From a virus, in IMG/VR virus record IMGVR_UViG_3300044971_004534: a stretch of DNA of 64,000 bases. One strand, 5' to 3'. A program made the translations under genes and the position numbers. The notes beneath the pieces were generated by a model. That model saw only the letters and a list, made by a program, of their open reading frames with translations. It was not told the DNA's origin and did no database searches. Positions 23,690 to 33,542 of this stretch are shown here, in pieces; position 1 is the stretch's first letter, and each line of letters starts with the position of its first letter.

Positions 23690-24328
23690 TTATTTACGCT
23701 TACGTTGACTAAAGCTGCAAAGACCTGCAATACCAATAAGAGATACTGCTCCTGGTGCAGGAATTGCGTTTACTCCAAAGCCACAGTAGTCAATAAAGTT
23801 TCCCTGAGTAGATCCGCCTGTGGCGCTAACTGCCTGAAATGCGAATCTTGTCAGATTTCCTATACTAACTATAGATCCTGAATGAAATTGCCAAGCAGTT
23901 TCATCTGCAGTAAAGTTGCCCTGATACAGAACAGTGTCATCTCCGTTGCCATACAGCTGATCTGCGCCAAGATCAATTATTGAAAGCTGCATGACATCAA
24001 CTCCGTATCTGCCTCTGTGAGCAAAATGCCAATTAATTGTATTGAAATCTCCTAAGCCATTGACGTGCTGATACAAAGTAGAATCGTAGTTTGCATTGAG
24101 TTCAGCGAATGAACTTCCCTCATATGCAGGCACTCCAAGAAATCCATCTGACCAAATCTCCAAATTGTTGTCTGGTGCTGTGGTTGCCCAGTTCAAAGTT
24201 GGGTCAGAACCAGAAAAGAAACCATAACCCCAGGTCTGAAAATCTTCAAAACCACCGTTTACAAGATCTGCCATACAACTTGTAGAAATAACTAAAGTAG
24301 ACAAAAATGCACAAGCGTATTTAACCAT
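23690..24328 (-). CDS. secreted PEP-CTERM-anchored protein
   Basis: Signal peptide; NGGFE start of the mature domain; C-terminal IPAPGAVSLIGIAGLCSFSQRKRK (Pxx-P / TM / basic). Confidence 0.7.
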   Translation of the reverse strand: MVKYACAFLSTLVISTSCMADLVNGGFEDFQTWGYGFFSGSDPTLNWATTAPDNNLEIWSDGFLGVPAYEGSSFAELNANYDSTLYQHVNGLGDFNTINWHFAHRGRYGVDVMQLSIIDLGADQLYGNGDDTVLYQGNFTADETAWQFHSGSIVSIGNLTRFAFQAVSATGGSTQGNFIDYCGFGVNAIPAPGAVSLIGIAGLCSFSQRKRK

Positions 24329-24369
24329 TTAATAAACCCTCCTTATTAAAATTGGTAATGGTGTAAAAA

Positions 24370-25164
24370 TTATATTCTTTTACGATTATGAAAAAATTGA
24401 CTAAAAGCAACTACAGTAAAAGCTCCAGGTGATGGAACGGACGGTGGCACATAGTATCCACCAGTGTCTATACCATAGTACTCTCCAAATCCATAGTTAG
24501 TTCCAAGAGCAAGTGTAGTGCTATAGACATCAAATGGCAGCAAACTAGGAGTAAAAAAGGCTGCGTATGGATCTGCAAATCCTGTTTGAGCTGCCAAAGA
24601 GGTAACCGGGGCTAAATTAATATCTGTCGCCAAAGCTGCCTGCACAATTTGCTTTGTCAATTTATTTTGCTCATTAGTAACAACAAGTGGAGCTTCAACT
24701 GGCTTATCTCCACCAATTTTATTTTCTTTGGGAAATCTAGCAAGTTCATCTGAGATCTGATAGCCACGAGTCTGTTCTTTGTTGTCAATTTTGAATGGTT
24801 TCTGCCAGTGCCCTTGATAAGGTTGGCCAAACAAAGCGGAATTTGACTGCTTATTACTATTATTGTCTTTTTGTTCTTGATTTTTTGGAGCGTCTGCTTT
24901 CCCAATATCAGAAGCTGCAGTTATGGCAGAATTCATGCCATTAATCGCTGACATAAGAGACTGTACTCCACGTTCACCAAGCAATGTGATTGCAGAAGTA
25001 CATACGATGGTCATAACGTAAACTTTTTTCTCTAAGCTTTTAACCTTAGATTTTGCTTCTTCACACATTCTGGCACATGAAGAGCATCCCCCAGAAATGC
25101 TCTCAACATGCGAGTGTGAAACTGGCGTAGGCGCAGGCTGCTGAATGTCTTTTTTAATCCCCAT
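24370..25164 (-). CDS. PEP-CTERM-like protein
   Basis: C-terminal VPSPGAFTVVAFSQFFHNRKRI; internal hydrophobic segment VYVMTIVCTSAITLL. Confidence 0.55.
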   Translation of the reverse strand: MGIKKDIQQPAPTPVSHSHVESISGGCSSCARMCEEAKSKVKSLEKKVYVMTIVCTSAITLLGERGVQSLMSAINGMNSAITAASDIGKADAPKNQEQKDNNSNKQSNSALFGQPYQGHWQKPFKIDNKEQTRGYQISDELARFPKENKIGGDKPVEAPLVVTNEQNKLTKQIVQAALATDINLAPVTSLAAQTGFADPYAAFFTPSLLPFDVYSTTLALGTNYGFGEYYGIDTGGYYVPPSVPSPGAFTVVAFSQFFHNRKRI

Positions 25165-25322
25165 TTGTACCCCCCGATACTTTGAAGTTGCGAATATACT
25201 TAATTTAAAAATACGATATATTATTTCATTTTCCTTTTGTAATAAGCACTCATCTTATTTGATAATAGTCAGAAAGGTAATGGATTTATTTTTAGTAATA
25301 TTTTATGTATTTAAAGTATTTT

Positions 25323-28004
25323 ATGAATATAGAAAAAACTGCACAACTTAATTGGTTTCGAGGAATAAGGGATCGCATTCGTGGCAACAAGCCAGATGAA
25401 AGCGGTCAAGAATTGTCATTTAATGAACAAGAACTGCGTGGGCTTGAAGAAATAGAAAGAAGAAAGACTGAAGAAGAAAGAAAAAGAGTTGATAAGCTGG
25501 TCCAAGAATCAAAAGAAAGAGCTGAAAGCTTTGGTAGACCTGACAATATTCCCGGAAAATTTGAATTAAGTAGATCTAGTATTCAAAATATATTGTCTAT
25601 GGACAGAGATACTTTATGGCATAAGCTTTGTGCATCTTTTGAGAATTGTTCTCCTTATGTTTCTGAAACTACGGCACAAAGGGGAAGAATAATAAGATAT
25701 CTTGTAGACACTAGGCAAGGCGATTATCGAGGTGGCTGGGGAAGTGTGCTTAGGAGCATAGATTTTCTACTGCAAGGATTAGAATTAGATATACGTAATG
25801 CAGGCAATAATAGTAAAGCGGCAATATCTCATAATAATATGCAAGAAATTTTTACCAATAGAGATTGGCTCATGGCAAATAAAGATGGAATTCAACGAGC
25901 CTATGCACAAGCATCTCCAGACTCTATTAATAAAGAAGTTTTAAATAAATTTTTAACAAATAAACAATCGTATTATGCTCGACGTGATGCAGCTATAGAA
26001 GTATGGGCATCATTTTTAAAAAATAAATATCAATATTACTATGGAAATACATTAAGTGATCAGTATTTTTATAATATTCATCTGTATGCGGATAGGTTAT
26101 GGGAAGATTTTAAATTATATTTTCGATTGATGTCAGGTAATCTATTCCACAACATAGGCATTCAATTAGGTAAAAAATACTTACCAGAAGATATGCAATC
26201 AATTTCTGATGGTGTTCATGCAATAGATGTAAGTATGTTCGACATAGCAAAGCCAGCTAATTTAATGCAATCACGCAGTAATGCAAGGGGTGAAAATGAT
26301 ATCTTTTATAATTGGACCGTGAATAAATGGAAAGAATTTGTAGAAGATACACATTTAATGCTAAGCGTCTTTGGATTTAATTTAAAAGGTGTGTCAAATA
26401 TTAATAATATAAATGGAGAAAATTTATATTACAATATGATGCAAAAAATAATTATGATAGAAAATATTGTTAATAGAGATCCTTTTATAAGTCATATTTT
26501 TAATAACAGTAGATTAGATTTAGGAGATAGCTATTATATATATGCACAAATTAAAGACAAAATGAGTGCTGATCATAATCCAAATAGAGAAGAATATTTA
26601 GTTTCTATATTAAATCAAATTTATGTTAATCAGCATGGAGGGTACTCAAGAGCAATATCTGAAGCTTCAGATGAAAGTTTGAGATCGGCGGCAGATAGGG
26701 TGCCATTTGCAGTAGAACATATTTTATTGCATTTAGAATTTGGTGAAAATATGTATAATGTTATTAATAATTTTGACCAATATCAATCTGCTCTAAATTC
26801 ATACAGAGAAAAACAGCATTCAGCATTAAAAAAAGTAAGAAACGTTCTAGCCAATCCTGATTTAACACAGATGTCTCCCGAAGAGGCAAGACAGTATTTT
26901 GTAGAAAAACTTAATAGACTAGCGAATAGGGAGTTTGAAGGTAGCAATATCGAAAAGGCAAAGCAAGAGCAAATTCTTGATTCTCCATTTGAGCACACAT
27001 CAGTGATAAGACCGTCTACCTTTCCTGGTCAAGCAGCATTTAATAGCAACTCCTTGCCTGAATTGCAAGGAACTCCAATTTCTTTTAATATAGCAATTTA
27101 TCCAAAAAAGAAAGAAAATGACCCGGAAAACTTTGCACAAGTTCTTGCTCCAGGTGGGCACGCACAAGATGGACTAAACTTTCATCATCAGAATATTCCG
27201 TCATTAGAAAATAAGAAATATTATAGTCATATACTTGGCTGGATAGGTGGATGGGTTGACGTAGTAGGCTCGAACATGTATATAGCAGAAATTCAAAGCG
27301 ACGTTATGCAACATACGTCTTACATGAAAGATCCAGAAAAGTCAAAAACAAAATTGAACGAAGAACTTAAAAAGCAAATGCAAGAATTGCAAAAAGAAAA
27401 AGACAATCTTGCTAAACAATCTACAGAAGGTATAGAAAAATTCTATGATAAAAGAATTGAAGAGTTAGAAAAAAAGAGAGATAGCGCAAATAATGAGGCA
27501 ATGAAGCAGCAAATGGATACTGCAATAAAAAAATTAACAGAACAAAAAAACGCTAAAGAAGATCCGTGGGTTAAACTAAGAAAAAAAATAAAAGACATAG
27601 AAAATGTTATTGTTGAAATTAAAAATCAAATTCAAGAGCTTATTGATTATGAAAGAAACACTAACGATCAATGGAGAAAAAGGCCGCAGTTTGCTGATGT
27701 AAAGTCAAAAATAGAAAATAGATTTTCTGAATATGTCGATGTTTTTTATAATGAAGCAATTTACTATTGTGCTCAACTCAAAATTAAAGGTTTATGGATA
27801 GTGCATTCAGATCTTTTAGCTGCAGTCTGGCGACATTTTGCAACGGCTGATACCGTAGAAATGTATAAGAAAATATACGACAAACGAGCGATGGAGATGG
27901 GAGCAGAAAAGAAGGGCAACTGGTGGCACTTAGATCTTACCAAGAAAATGCCTAAGTATGCAAGCACAAATTGGTATCAAAGGACTAAAAATGGGATGGT
28001 ATAA
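25323..28004 (+). CDS. giant hypothetical protein A (paralogue of B)
   Basis: About 890 aa; N-terminus MNIEKTAQLNWFRG; C-terminal ~340 aa align block by block with 27991..31086. Confidence 0.7.
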   Translation: MNIEKTAQLNWFRGIRDRIRGNKPDESGQELSFNEQELRGLEEIERRKTEEERKRVDKLVQESKERAESFGRPDNIPGKFELSRSSIQNILSMDRDTLWHKLCASFENCSPYVSETTAQRGRIIRYLVDTRQGDYRGGWGSVLRSIDFLLQGLELDIRNAGNNSKAAISHNNMQEIFTNRDWLMANKDGIQRAYAQASPDSINKEVLNKFLTNKQSYYARRDAAIEVWASFLKNKYQYYYGNTLSDQYFYNIHLYADRLWEDFKLYFRLMSGNLFHNIGIQLGKKYLPEDMQSISDGVHAIDVSMFDIAKPANLMQSRSNARGENDIFYNWTVNKWKEFVEDTHLMLSVFGFNLKGVSNINNINGENLYYNMMQKIIMIENIVNRDPFISHIFNNSRLDLGDSYYIYAQIKDKMSADHNPNREEYLVSILNQIYVNQHGGYSRAISEASDESLRSAADRVPFAVEHILLHLEFGENMYNVINNFDQYQSALNSYREKQHSALKKVRNVLANPDLTQMSPEEARQYFVEKLNRLANREFEGSNIEKAKQEQILDSPFEHTSVIRPSTFPGQAAFNSNSLPELQGTPISFNIAIYPKKKENDPENFAQVLAPGGHAQDGLNFHHQNIPSLENKKYYSHILGWIGGWVDVVGSNMYIAEIQSDVMQHTSYMKDPEKSKTKLNEELKKQMQELQKEKDNLAKQSTEGIEKFYDKRIEELEKKRDSANNEAMKQQMDTAIKKLTEQKNAKEDPWVKLRKKIKDIENVIVEIKNQIQELIDYERNTNDQWRKRPQFADVKSKIENRFSEYVDVFYNEAIYYCAQLKIKGLWIVHSDLLAAVWRHFATADTVEMYKKIYDKRAMEMGAEKKGNWWHLDLTKKMPKYASTNWYQRTKNGMV

Positions 28005-31000
28005 GTTTGCACAACTTCATGCAATGAAGTGCTCTCCAGTAAACTTGAAAAAGTTACTGCAATTTGCACACACTCCAGGACAGGCTTATTTGTTCGAGAT
28101 GGGCGAAGAACATTCTGCTATGCAAAAACACATAGAAAGACTTGGCGGAAAAAGATATAAAATTCAATTTTTACTCAACACGTTTGATGCAATGCTTACC
28201 GATCTAGATAACACAAAATTAGATTTTGAAGTAGATCAAGATAGGATTGCAAATCGCATAGATTCCGACTATGTAGAAGAATCATATGGTTATATTTTTG
28301 ATGAAGATGACACTAAGTTTTGGGAAAACATAGATGGCATAAATGATCAAGTTTTAGAATTTATTGAAGAATCTTGGGATGTTTCTGAAGATGACTTTGA
28401 GAGTCGCTTATTTCATTATCCAGTAAGTAGTCGTGAACCAAATAATTCAAAAGAACTCGTTAGTCTCAAAGACATTTCAGAAGAACTGTCTAGTTTTGCG
28501 TATTTTGGAGATATGATTTCTTGCATAGGCAATTTGAAACATGATAAATATGTAGCTCGTGATATCATGAGAGAAATAGCGGATATAGATATTGATTTAA
28601 GGTCAATGGGAGAATCAGCAACCGGCATTCATGTTCATACGTGGGCTAAAAATAAAGGCATTGATCTGACGCTTGCTGTGGTTCAAAAAGCAGCAGGTGG
28701 AGAACAAAATGTTGAGATCGCAAAATACGATCCAGATTCAGCAAAACAAATAGCACAAAAAGCTTACTCTAATGTTGCAAATTCTTGGGTTGACAGTATA
28801 GAAAAATTACCACATTCTAAAACAGATTTAGAAGAAGCAATTGAAGAAGCATTCAGAGATCAGGTAAAAGAATCATGGTGGGAGTCTAACAAACAACGCT
28901 TTATGGAAGATGCAGTTGATAATGAAATTGAAAGTACTGCGGATTCATTTAATTATGATGATAGAAGATGGGCTAAAAACACATTGCCCGCAGAATCAGT
29001 AGACCCAAACGTCAGACATCATGTAAGTAAAACTTTTACGGAAGCATTAAAGGAGCACAGCTGGCTAGATAGAGACGAAGATTCTGGTCATGTACAGGTT
29101 GAAGCTAGTAGCTATTTTGCAAACTTAGGAGTTAAAGATTGGAGTAAAATAGCGGATGATATACAGGAAATGGCGGATGACCACGCAATGACTGGTTACG
29201 AAGATTATGTAAAAGAAATAAGATCATATACATCTATGATTAATTGGATTGTAGCAAGTGATCCAGACTTGTCTGCAATCTTTTCTGATGAAGACGCAGA
29301 CCCGACAACACTTACGCAGACTGCTACGGATTTGGGGCAAATAGTTAAAACTTCATATGAGGTTATATCTCTTATGCCTCAGGACGATGCAAGACGCATG
29401 GAGCAAAGCATAACTGCAGAAAATCCAGAGATTGAAGACTGGATTAAAGCCTTAAGAGAAAGAGAAGAAGTAGAAAGACAGGCGAGAGAAACTCAAGCTG
29501 CCATGCTTGCGGAAGAAGAGGCAAGAAAAGCTATACAAAGATCAAATAGAGAAAGAATTGAAAAAGAAGTTTCTGAAGAGTCTAAAAAAATTAATGATCC
29601 AAATATCGGCTCAAGGTCTTTCACAGAAGAGCAAAAGCAGCAGGCAAAAACTCAAAACATTATTGGTAAACCATTTGAGCACATGTCAACATTGCGGGTT
29701 GATCAAAAATACCCTGGAGTGAGCGCCTTTGTGTTAAAGCCAGTACCTATGGAAAGTGAAGTTCCTTATAAGACTTTCCATATTGCTATATATCCAAAAA
29801 AGGAGCAAAGCGATCCGACAAGACTGCATGATGTCTTTGATAGAAGTGCGGGTTTAAATTTTCATGGATTTAGTTTTCCTGAACATGTGAATGAAAATTA
29901 TTACGATCTTATTGGATGGGTTGGCGGCACTATTGACCTTTATAATAAGATAATGTACGTCACAGAAATACAAAGTGATGTAATGCAAAATACCCCTCGC
30001 ATGAAAGATGTTTCCAAGAGCATTGTTGCTTTGAACGAGGGAAAAAATAGCTTATTAGCTGAAGCTGAAAAAATAAAAACATATATTACCACAAATGATA
30101 TCAATGCATATTATGACAAGAGAATACAAGATTTAAAATTAAAAATTCAATCCATGAGTGACAGTCCTGCTGCAATGCAAATGCAGCAAGCTGTTTTAAA
30201 ATTAGAAGAGTTAAAGAATAAGGGTGTAGACCCTTTTGAAAAAGAAAGACAAAAACTACACGATATTGACAATAAACTTAAAGAGATTAATAGGCAAATA
30301 AATGATATAGAAGAATTTGATAAGAAACCTTCTGCCAAACTAAATAAACCTCATCTTTCAGAATTAAGATCTCGAATAGAAAATAGATTTACTGATTGGG
30401 TAGATACCTTCTATAATGAAATATTTATGTATTGTTCTCGCTTAGGAATAAAACATTTATATATAGCAGCTTCTTCTTATTTGTATCTAACATGGAGACA
30501 GTATGCCAAGGCATCTACACTAGAATTGTATAAAAAGATATATGATACAAAGGCTGAGAAGTACGGAATGCGTAAAGTACATTATAAGGGTGTCACGTAT
30601 TGGCATTTAGATCTATCAGAAAACATGCCAAAGTTTGCGAGCAAAGAAAGGTTACAAATGTCTAAAAATAATTGGTATAGGCAAATTAAAACTGCAATGG
30701 ATTTTAGCAGTATTTACATTGATGATATAAAAAGAAAATTTTCTAATGGAGAGATTACGGAAGAGCAAATGCAAGCGCAGATACGTGAAAGATATATGGA
30801 ACACACACAAGATCCAACTACTCGTGACCCAAAACTGTTTATTATAGAAGCAAAAACTTTCTTTGATACGATTAAGCATATTGAAGGCAGAGAAAGGGGT
30901 GGAGAAGATTCTGAGTTTTCAAAAGCTCAATTTATGAGGGAAGCATTGGGTCAGTTTTTAGAATTTAATGGTAAGAAATATACAGACAGAGACGGCAAGC

Positions 31001-31086
31001 TAGAAGAGCCATTTAAATCAATACTTCAAAGATTGCTTATACAGAAATTTAATTACGACATGGATTTAGATGAAATGGTAGAGTGA
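27991..31086 (+). CDS. giant hypothetical protein B (paralogue of A plus ~140-aa extension)
   Basis: In-frame MGWYKFAQL start overlapping the stop of A by 14 nt; contains an internal NNWYRQIK. Confidence 0.7.
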   Translation: MGWYKFAQLHAMKCSPVNLKKLLQFAHTPGQAYLFEMGEEHSAMQKHIERLGGKRYKIQFLLNTFDAMLTDLDNTKLDFEVDQDRIANRIDSDYVEESYGYIFDEDDTKFWENIDGINDQVLEFIEESWDVSEDDFESRLFHYPVSSREPNNSKELVSLKDISEELSSFAYFGDMISCIGNLKHDKYVARDIMREIADIDIDLRSMGESATGIHVHTWAKNKGIDLTLAVVQKAAGGEQNVEIAKYDPDSAKQIAQKAYSNVANSWVDSIEKLPHSKTDLEEAIEEAFRDQVKESWWESNKQRFMEDAVDNEIESTADSFNYDDRRWAKNTLPAESVDPNVRHHVSKTFTEALKEHSWLDRDEDSGHVQVEASSYFANLGVKDWSKIADDIQEMADDHAMTGYEDYVKEIRSYTSMINWIVASDPDLSAIFSDEDADPTTLTQTATDLGQIVKTSYEVISLMPQDDARRMEQSITAENPEIEDWIKALREREEVERQARETQAAMLAEEEARKAIQRSNRERIEKEVSEESKKINDPNIGSRSFTEEQKQQAKTQNIIGKPFEHMSTLRVDQKYPGVSAFVLKPVPMESEVPYKTFHIAIYPKKEQSDPTRLHDVFDRSAGLNFHGFSFPEHVNENYYDLIGWVGGTIDLYNKIMYVTEIQSDVMQNTPRMKDVSKSIVALNEGKNSLLAEAEKIKTYITTNDINAYYDKRIQDLKLKIQSMSDSPAAMQMQQAVLKLEELKNKGVDPFEKERQKLHDIDNKLKEINRQINDIEEFDKKPSAKLNKPHLSELRSRIENRFTDWVDTFYNEIFMYCSRLGIKHLYIAASSYLYLTWRQYAKASTLELYKKIYDTKAEKYGMRKVHYKGVTYWHLDLSENMPKFASKERLQMSKNNWYRQIKTAMDFSSIYIDDIKRKFSNGEITEEQMQAQIRERYMEHTQDPTTRDPKLFIIEAKTFFDTIKHIEGRERGGEDSEFSKAQFMREALGQFLEFNGKKYTDRDGKLEEPFKSILQRLLIQKFNYDMDLDEMVE

Positions 31087-31130
31087 TTTCTACGACAAAT
31101 AAGTAAAAGCTCTATCATAGGAGAACTTAC

Positions 31131-31274
31131 ATGGGAAAAAATGTTAGAAATAATTACAGCGACAATGGCATGACTAGAAGAAACTGGAAGGCAAAAATGA
31201 TGAAGAAAAAGCATGACCGAATAAGAAATCTTGAAGGCTGCAATGCAAGAAAGCAAGCCGAAAACCCTCAGTAA
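31131..31274 (+). CDS. small basic protein (47 aa, below track cutoff)
   Basis: AGGAGA SD; hand translation MGKNVRNNYSDNGMTRRNWKAKMMKKK...; followed by a terminator. Confidence 0.4.
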   Translation: MGKNVRNNYSDNGMTRRNWKAKMMKKKHDRIRNLEGCNARKQAENPQ

Positions 31275-31286
31275 TGAGGGTTTTTT
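31261..31286 (+). terminator. terminator
   Basis: AAAACCCTCA-gtaa-TGAGGGTTTT, then tt. Confidence 0.7.
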
Positions 31287-31309
31287 AATTAAAGCTTGTA
31301 ATATATTAC

Positions 31310-31762
31310 ATGTTTAAAGTAAATGATATTAAAATATCAAAATATGACTGGATCAATATCGGCATACATGCTGGTTGGATCAAGACATCTCATATGGGGC
31401 ACGCTCCAAATGTCTACGATATGACTGCGCATATGTTGCATTACAGAAGCTTGTACGAAGAACACATCAGTCCTGTTATAAAAAAATTGGCAGTTCATTT
31501 GCAAAAAGGTCTTTTTAATAAAGAAATGGCTTTGGCTTCTTTTGAAAGAATTGCTCATAAAGGAATAGAAATGTATATTAAGGAGCATGGTGAAATAGAC
31601 GTGACTCCAATGATTGTAAGATCTATAGCTGAAAACTTATTAGACAACTACATGGAAGAGATAACAGATGAGCTTTTGACTATAAGTGACGAAAATATTG
31701 TGTCGAAAAATAAGGATGAGAAGAAAAAAGCTCCCAATAAACGCAGAGACCGTAATCCATAG
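31310..31762 (+). CDS. hypothetical protein with leader variant
   Basis: MFKVNDIKISKYDWINIGIHAGWIKTS. Confidence 0.6.
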   Translation: MFKVNDIKISKYDWINIGIHAGWIKTSHMGHAPNVYDMTAHMLHYRSLYEEHISPVIKKLAVHLQKGLFNKEMALASFERIAHKGIEMYIKEHGEIDVTPMIVRSIAENLLDNYMEEITDELLTISDENIVSKNKDEKKKAPNKRRDRNP

Positions 31763-32030
31763 CAGATACGGTCAACCTAGATACATAACAAGAGTTTCTA
31801 AAAAAGAATACCTCATACGTGGGGTGTCTAGTTTTATTAGAATGGGATACTCTGATGACTTAAAAGCTGAGTATGAATTTGTGGACTTTGACGGCGGACC
31901 TTTCCTTCAGGTTGGCGACATACTGCTTATGAATGTGCAGTATCAAGAAAATAAAAAAATAGTATCGCTTAAGCCAAGTGATAGCCCTCAAGAAGGCGAT
32001 ATGACTGCTGTACTTGTGGAGGTAGAATGA
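31686..32030 (+). CDS. hypothetical protein (start uncertain)
   Basis: ORF track; overlaps the previous gene by up to 77 nt, and no clean start lies downstream of 31762. Confidence 0.35.
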   Translation: MTKILCRKIRMRRKKLPINAETVIHSRYGQPRYITRVSKKEYLIRGVSSFIRMGYSDDLKAEYEFVDFDGGPFLQVGDILLMNVQYQENKKIVSLKPSDSPQEGDMTAVLVEVE

Positions 32031-32329
32031 AAAATTACAATTTTTTTGATCAGTTTACTGATGAAGAAGTGACTGATTGGCTAAAAGATCAATTCTATCG
32101 TATCTCTGAAGATGTTTGGATGGCTAGCTGGATAGTTGGACTAGAGCGTAAGTTATGGGACTTAGTCCACAGTTCAGATGATCACTTAGGTCACATAGAC
32201 AGGGCGCTGATACTTCAGGCAAGTGAGAAAATTGGGGGGTGGATAAAATGGGACAACTTAAACCAGGGTCCAGTCTTCATTACAAAAGAAAAATGGCTGC
32301 TTGAGTGTATGTCTCACGATAAGGATTAA
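32027..32329 (+). CDS. hypothetical protein
   Basis: ATGA overlap with the previous gene. Confidence 0.55.
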   Translation: MKNYNFFDQFTDEEVTDWLKDQFYRISEDVWMASWIVGLERKLWDLVHSSDDHLGHIDRALILQASEKIGGWIKWDNLNQGPVFITKEKWLLECMSHDKD

Positions 32330-32332
32330 AAA

Positions 32333-32734
32333 ATGGACATTAGCATAGAAAAAGAGATTGTGCTGCGATCTTGGTCATTATTTTATGAAAAAGAACCAGA
32401 GACTACAGATGTAGGTTTTGAAATGTCATGTGATAATGGATGGAAAGATATTATTATGACAGCATGTATAGAAATGCATCACTATAATATTAGAAAACAA
32501 GCACATGATCTTGCTTATACCCCAGTTAGAATTGAACAGATTAAAGAAAAGTTTGGATCATTAAGGATATACACTACTGGTGGAGACAATTGGACAAACG
32601 GAGTTATAGACATGGCTGAATCAATGTCTAAACTAGTTTGTGAAGTTAGTGGAGATAGGGGGCATCACTGTAGAAAAGGTTCTAATTTAAAAACTTTAAG
32701 TAAAAAAATTGCTGACCAACACGGCTATACTTAA
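32333..32734 (+). CDS. hypothetical protein (IKEKFGSLRIY-type phage family)
   Basis: EQIKEKFGSLRIY...CEVSGDRGH block recurs in phage proteins as I recall; function unknown. Confidence 0.55.
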   Translation: MDISIEKEIVLRSWSLFYEKEPETTDVGFEMSCDNGWKDIIMTACIEMHHYNIRKQAHDLAYTPVRIEQIKEKFGSLRIYTTGGDNWTNGVIDMAESMSKLVCEVSGDRGHHCRKGSNLKTLSKKIADQHGYT

Positions 32735-32804
32735 TGTTAACAGAAGGATGTGGAATAGCATTTTAGTATAAAAATATACAGCTATTTACATTAAAGGATA
32801 AAAT

Positions 32805-33341
32805 ATGAACAAATTTTCATGGACATTAAATGACACCGGATGGAGTATACAAAAGGTGGCTCAAGCTCCAACTGCAGAGCAAATGCAAGAAGTGGTAAGA
32901 AAGGCTAAGGATCAGAAAGAACAAGAAGCAAGCAAGGCTATGCAGGCAGTAACAGGAAAACCCCTAGCTTCAACGCTAGAGGGTCAGCGGCAACAAATGG
33001 CCAACATTGGCCAGGATGCAGCAATCAACATGGCAAATAAAGCCGGTTTAAAGGGCTCAAATGTAAAAGATATGATTGGCAACACTATATCTAGCCATCC
33101 TGGGTTCAGTGCTGTGATGAGTGCATTGAGTCCAAGCAGAGAACAAGCTATAAGTCAATTGTCAGATCCAGCTTGGCGTAAAAGCACTTTGCAAAATCTA
33201 CAAGCCAAGTTGGACAAGAGGATGGGTAATCCAAAAGCAGATCAACAAGTTATATCAATTTTGAAGTCACATATTGACCTAATTAATGCTGTTGAATCTG
33301 GAAAAATGACACCTGAACAGGCTTACGCTCAAGGTAAATAA
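32805..33341 (+). CDS. hypothetical protein
   Basis: ORF track; N-terminus MNKFSWTLNDTGWSIQKVAQ is weakly leader-like. Confidence 0.55.
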   Translation: MNKFSWTLNDTGWSIQKVAQAPTAEQMQEVVRKAKDQKEQEASKAMQAVTGKPLASTLEGQRQQMANIGQDAAINMANKAGLKGSNVKDMIGNTISSHPGFSAVMSALSPSREQAISQLSDPAWRKSTLQNLQAKLDKRMGNPKADQQVISILKSHIDLINAVESGKMTPEQAYAQGK

Positions 33342-33369
33342 ATCAAAACTGCACGCAAAGTACATTAAA

Positions 33370-33486
33370 ATGATTTATATTAAAACAGCTAAATGGTCTG
33401 AAAAGTACAAAAGATCTATCAATTGTTCAAGGCCAAAAGGCTTTAGTCAAAAAGCTCATTGTGCTGGAAGAAAAAAGAAAAAGTAG
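33370..33486 (+). CDS. small basic Cys protein (38 aa, below track cutoff)
   Basis: Hand translation MIYIKTAKWSEKYKRSINCSRPKGFSQKAHCAGRKKKK; followed by a 17-bp hairpin. Confidence 0.45.
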   Translation: MIYIKTAKWSEKYKRSINCSRPKGFSQKAHCAGRKKKK

Positions 33487-33488
33487 CA

Positions 33489-33527
33489 AATAGATAAGGG
33501 GCAGGTAAGACCTGCCCCTTATCTATT
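33489..33527. terminator. bidirectional terminator between convergent genes
   Basis: 17-bp stem AATAGATAAGGGGCAGG / CCTGCCCCTTATCTATT. Confidence 0.75.
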
Positions 33528-33542
33528 TATGTAATATAAAAA

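Noticed and set aside
27964-28004. Programmed ribosomal frameshift joining giant proteins A and B
   Set aside because: B lies in the +1 frame relative to A and there is no convincing slippery heptamer or downstream structure. B has its own ATG with the canonical leader, so separate initiation is simpler.
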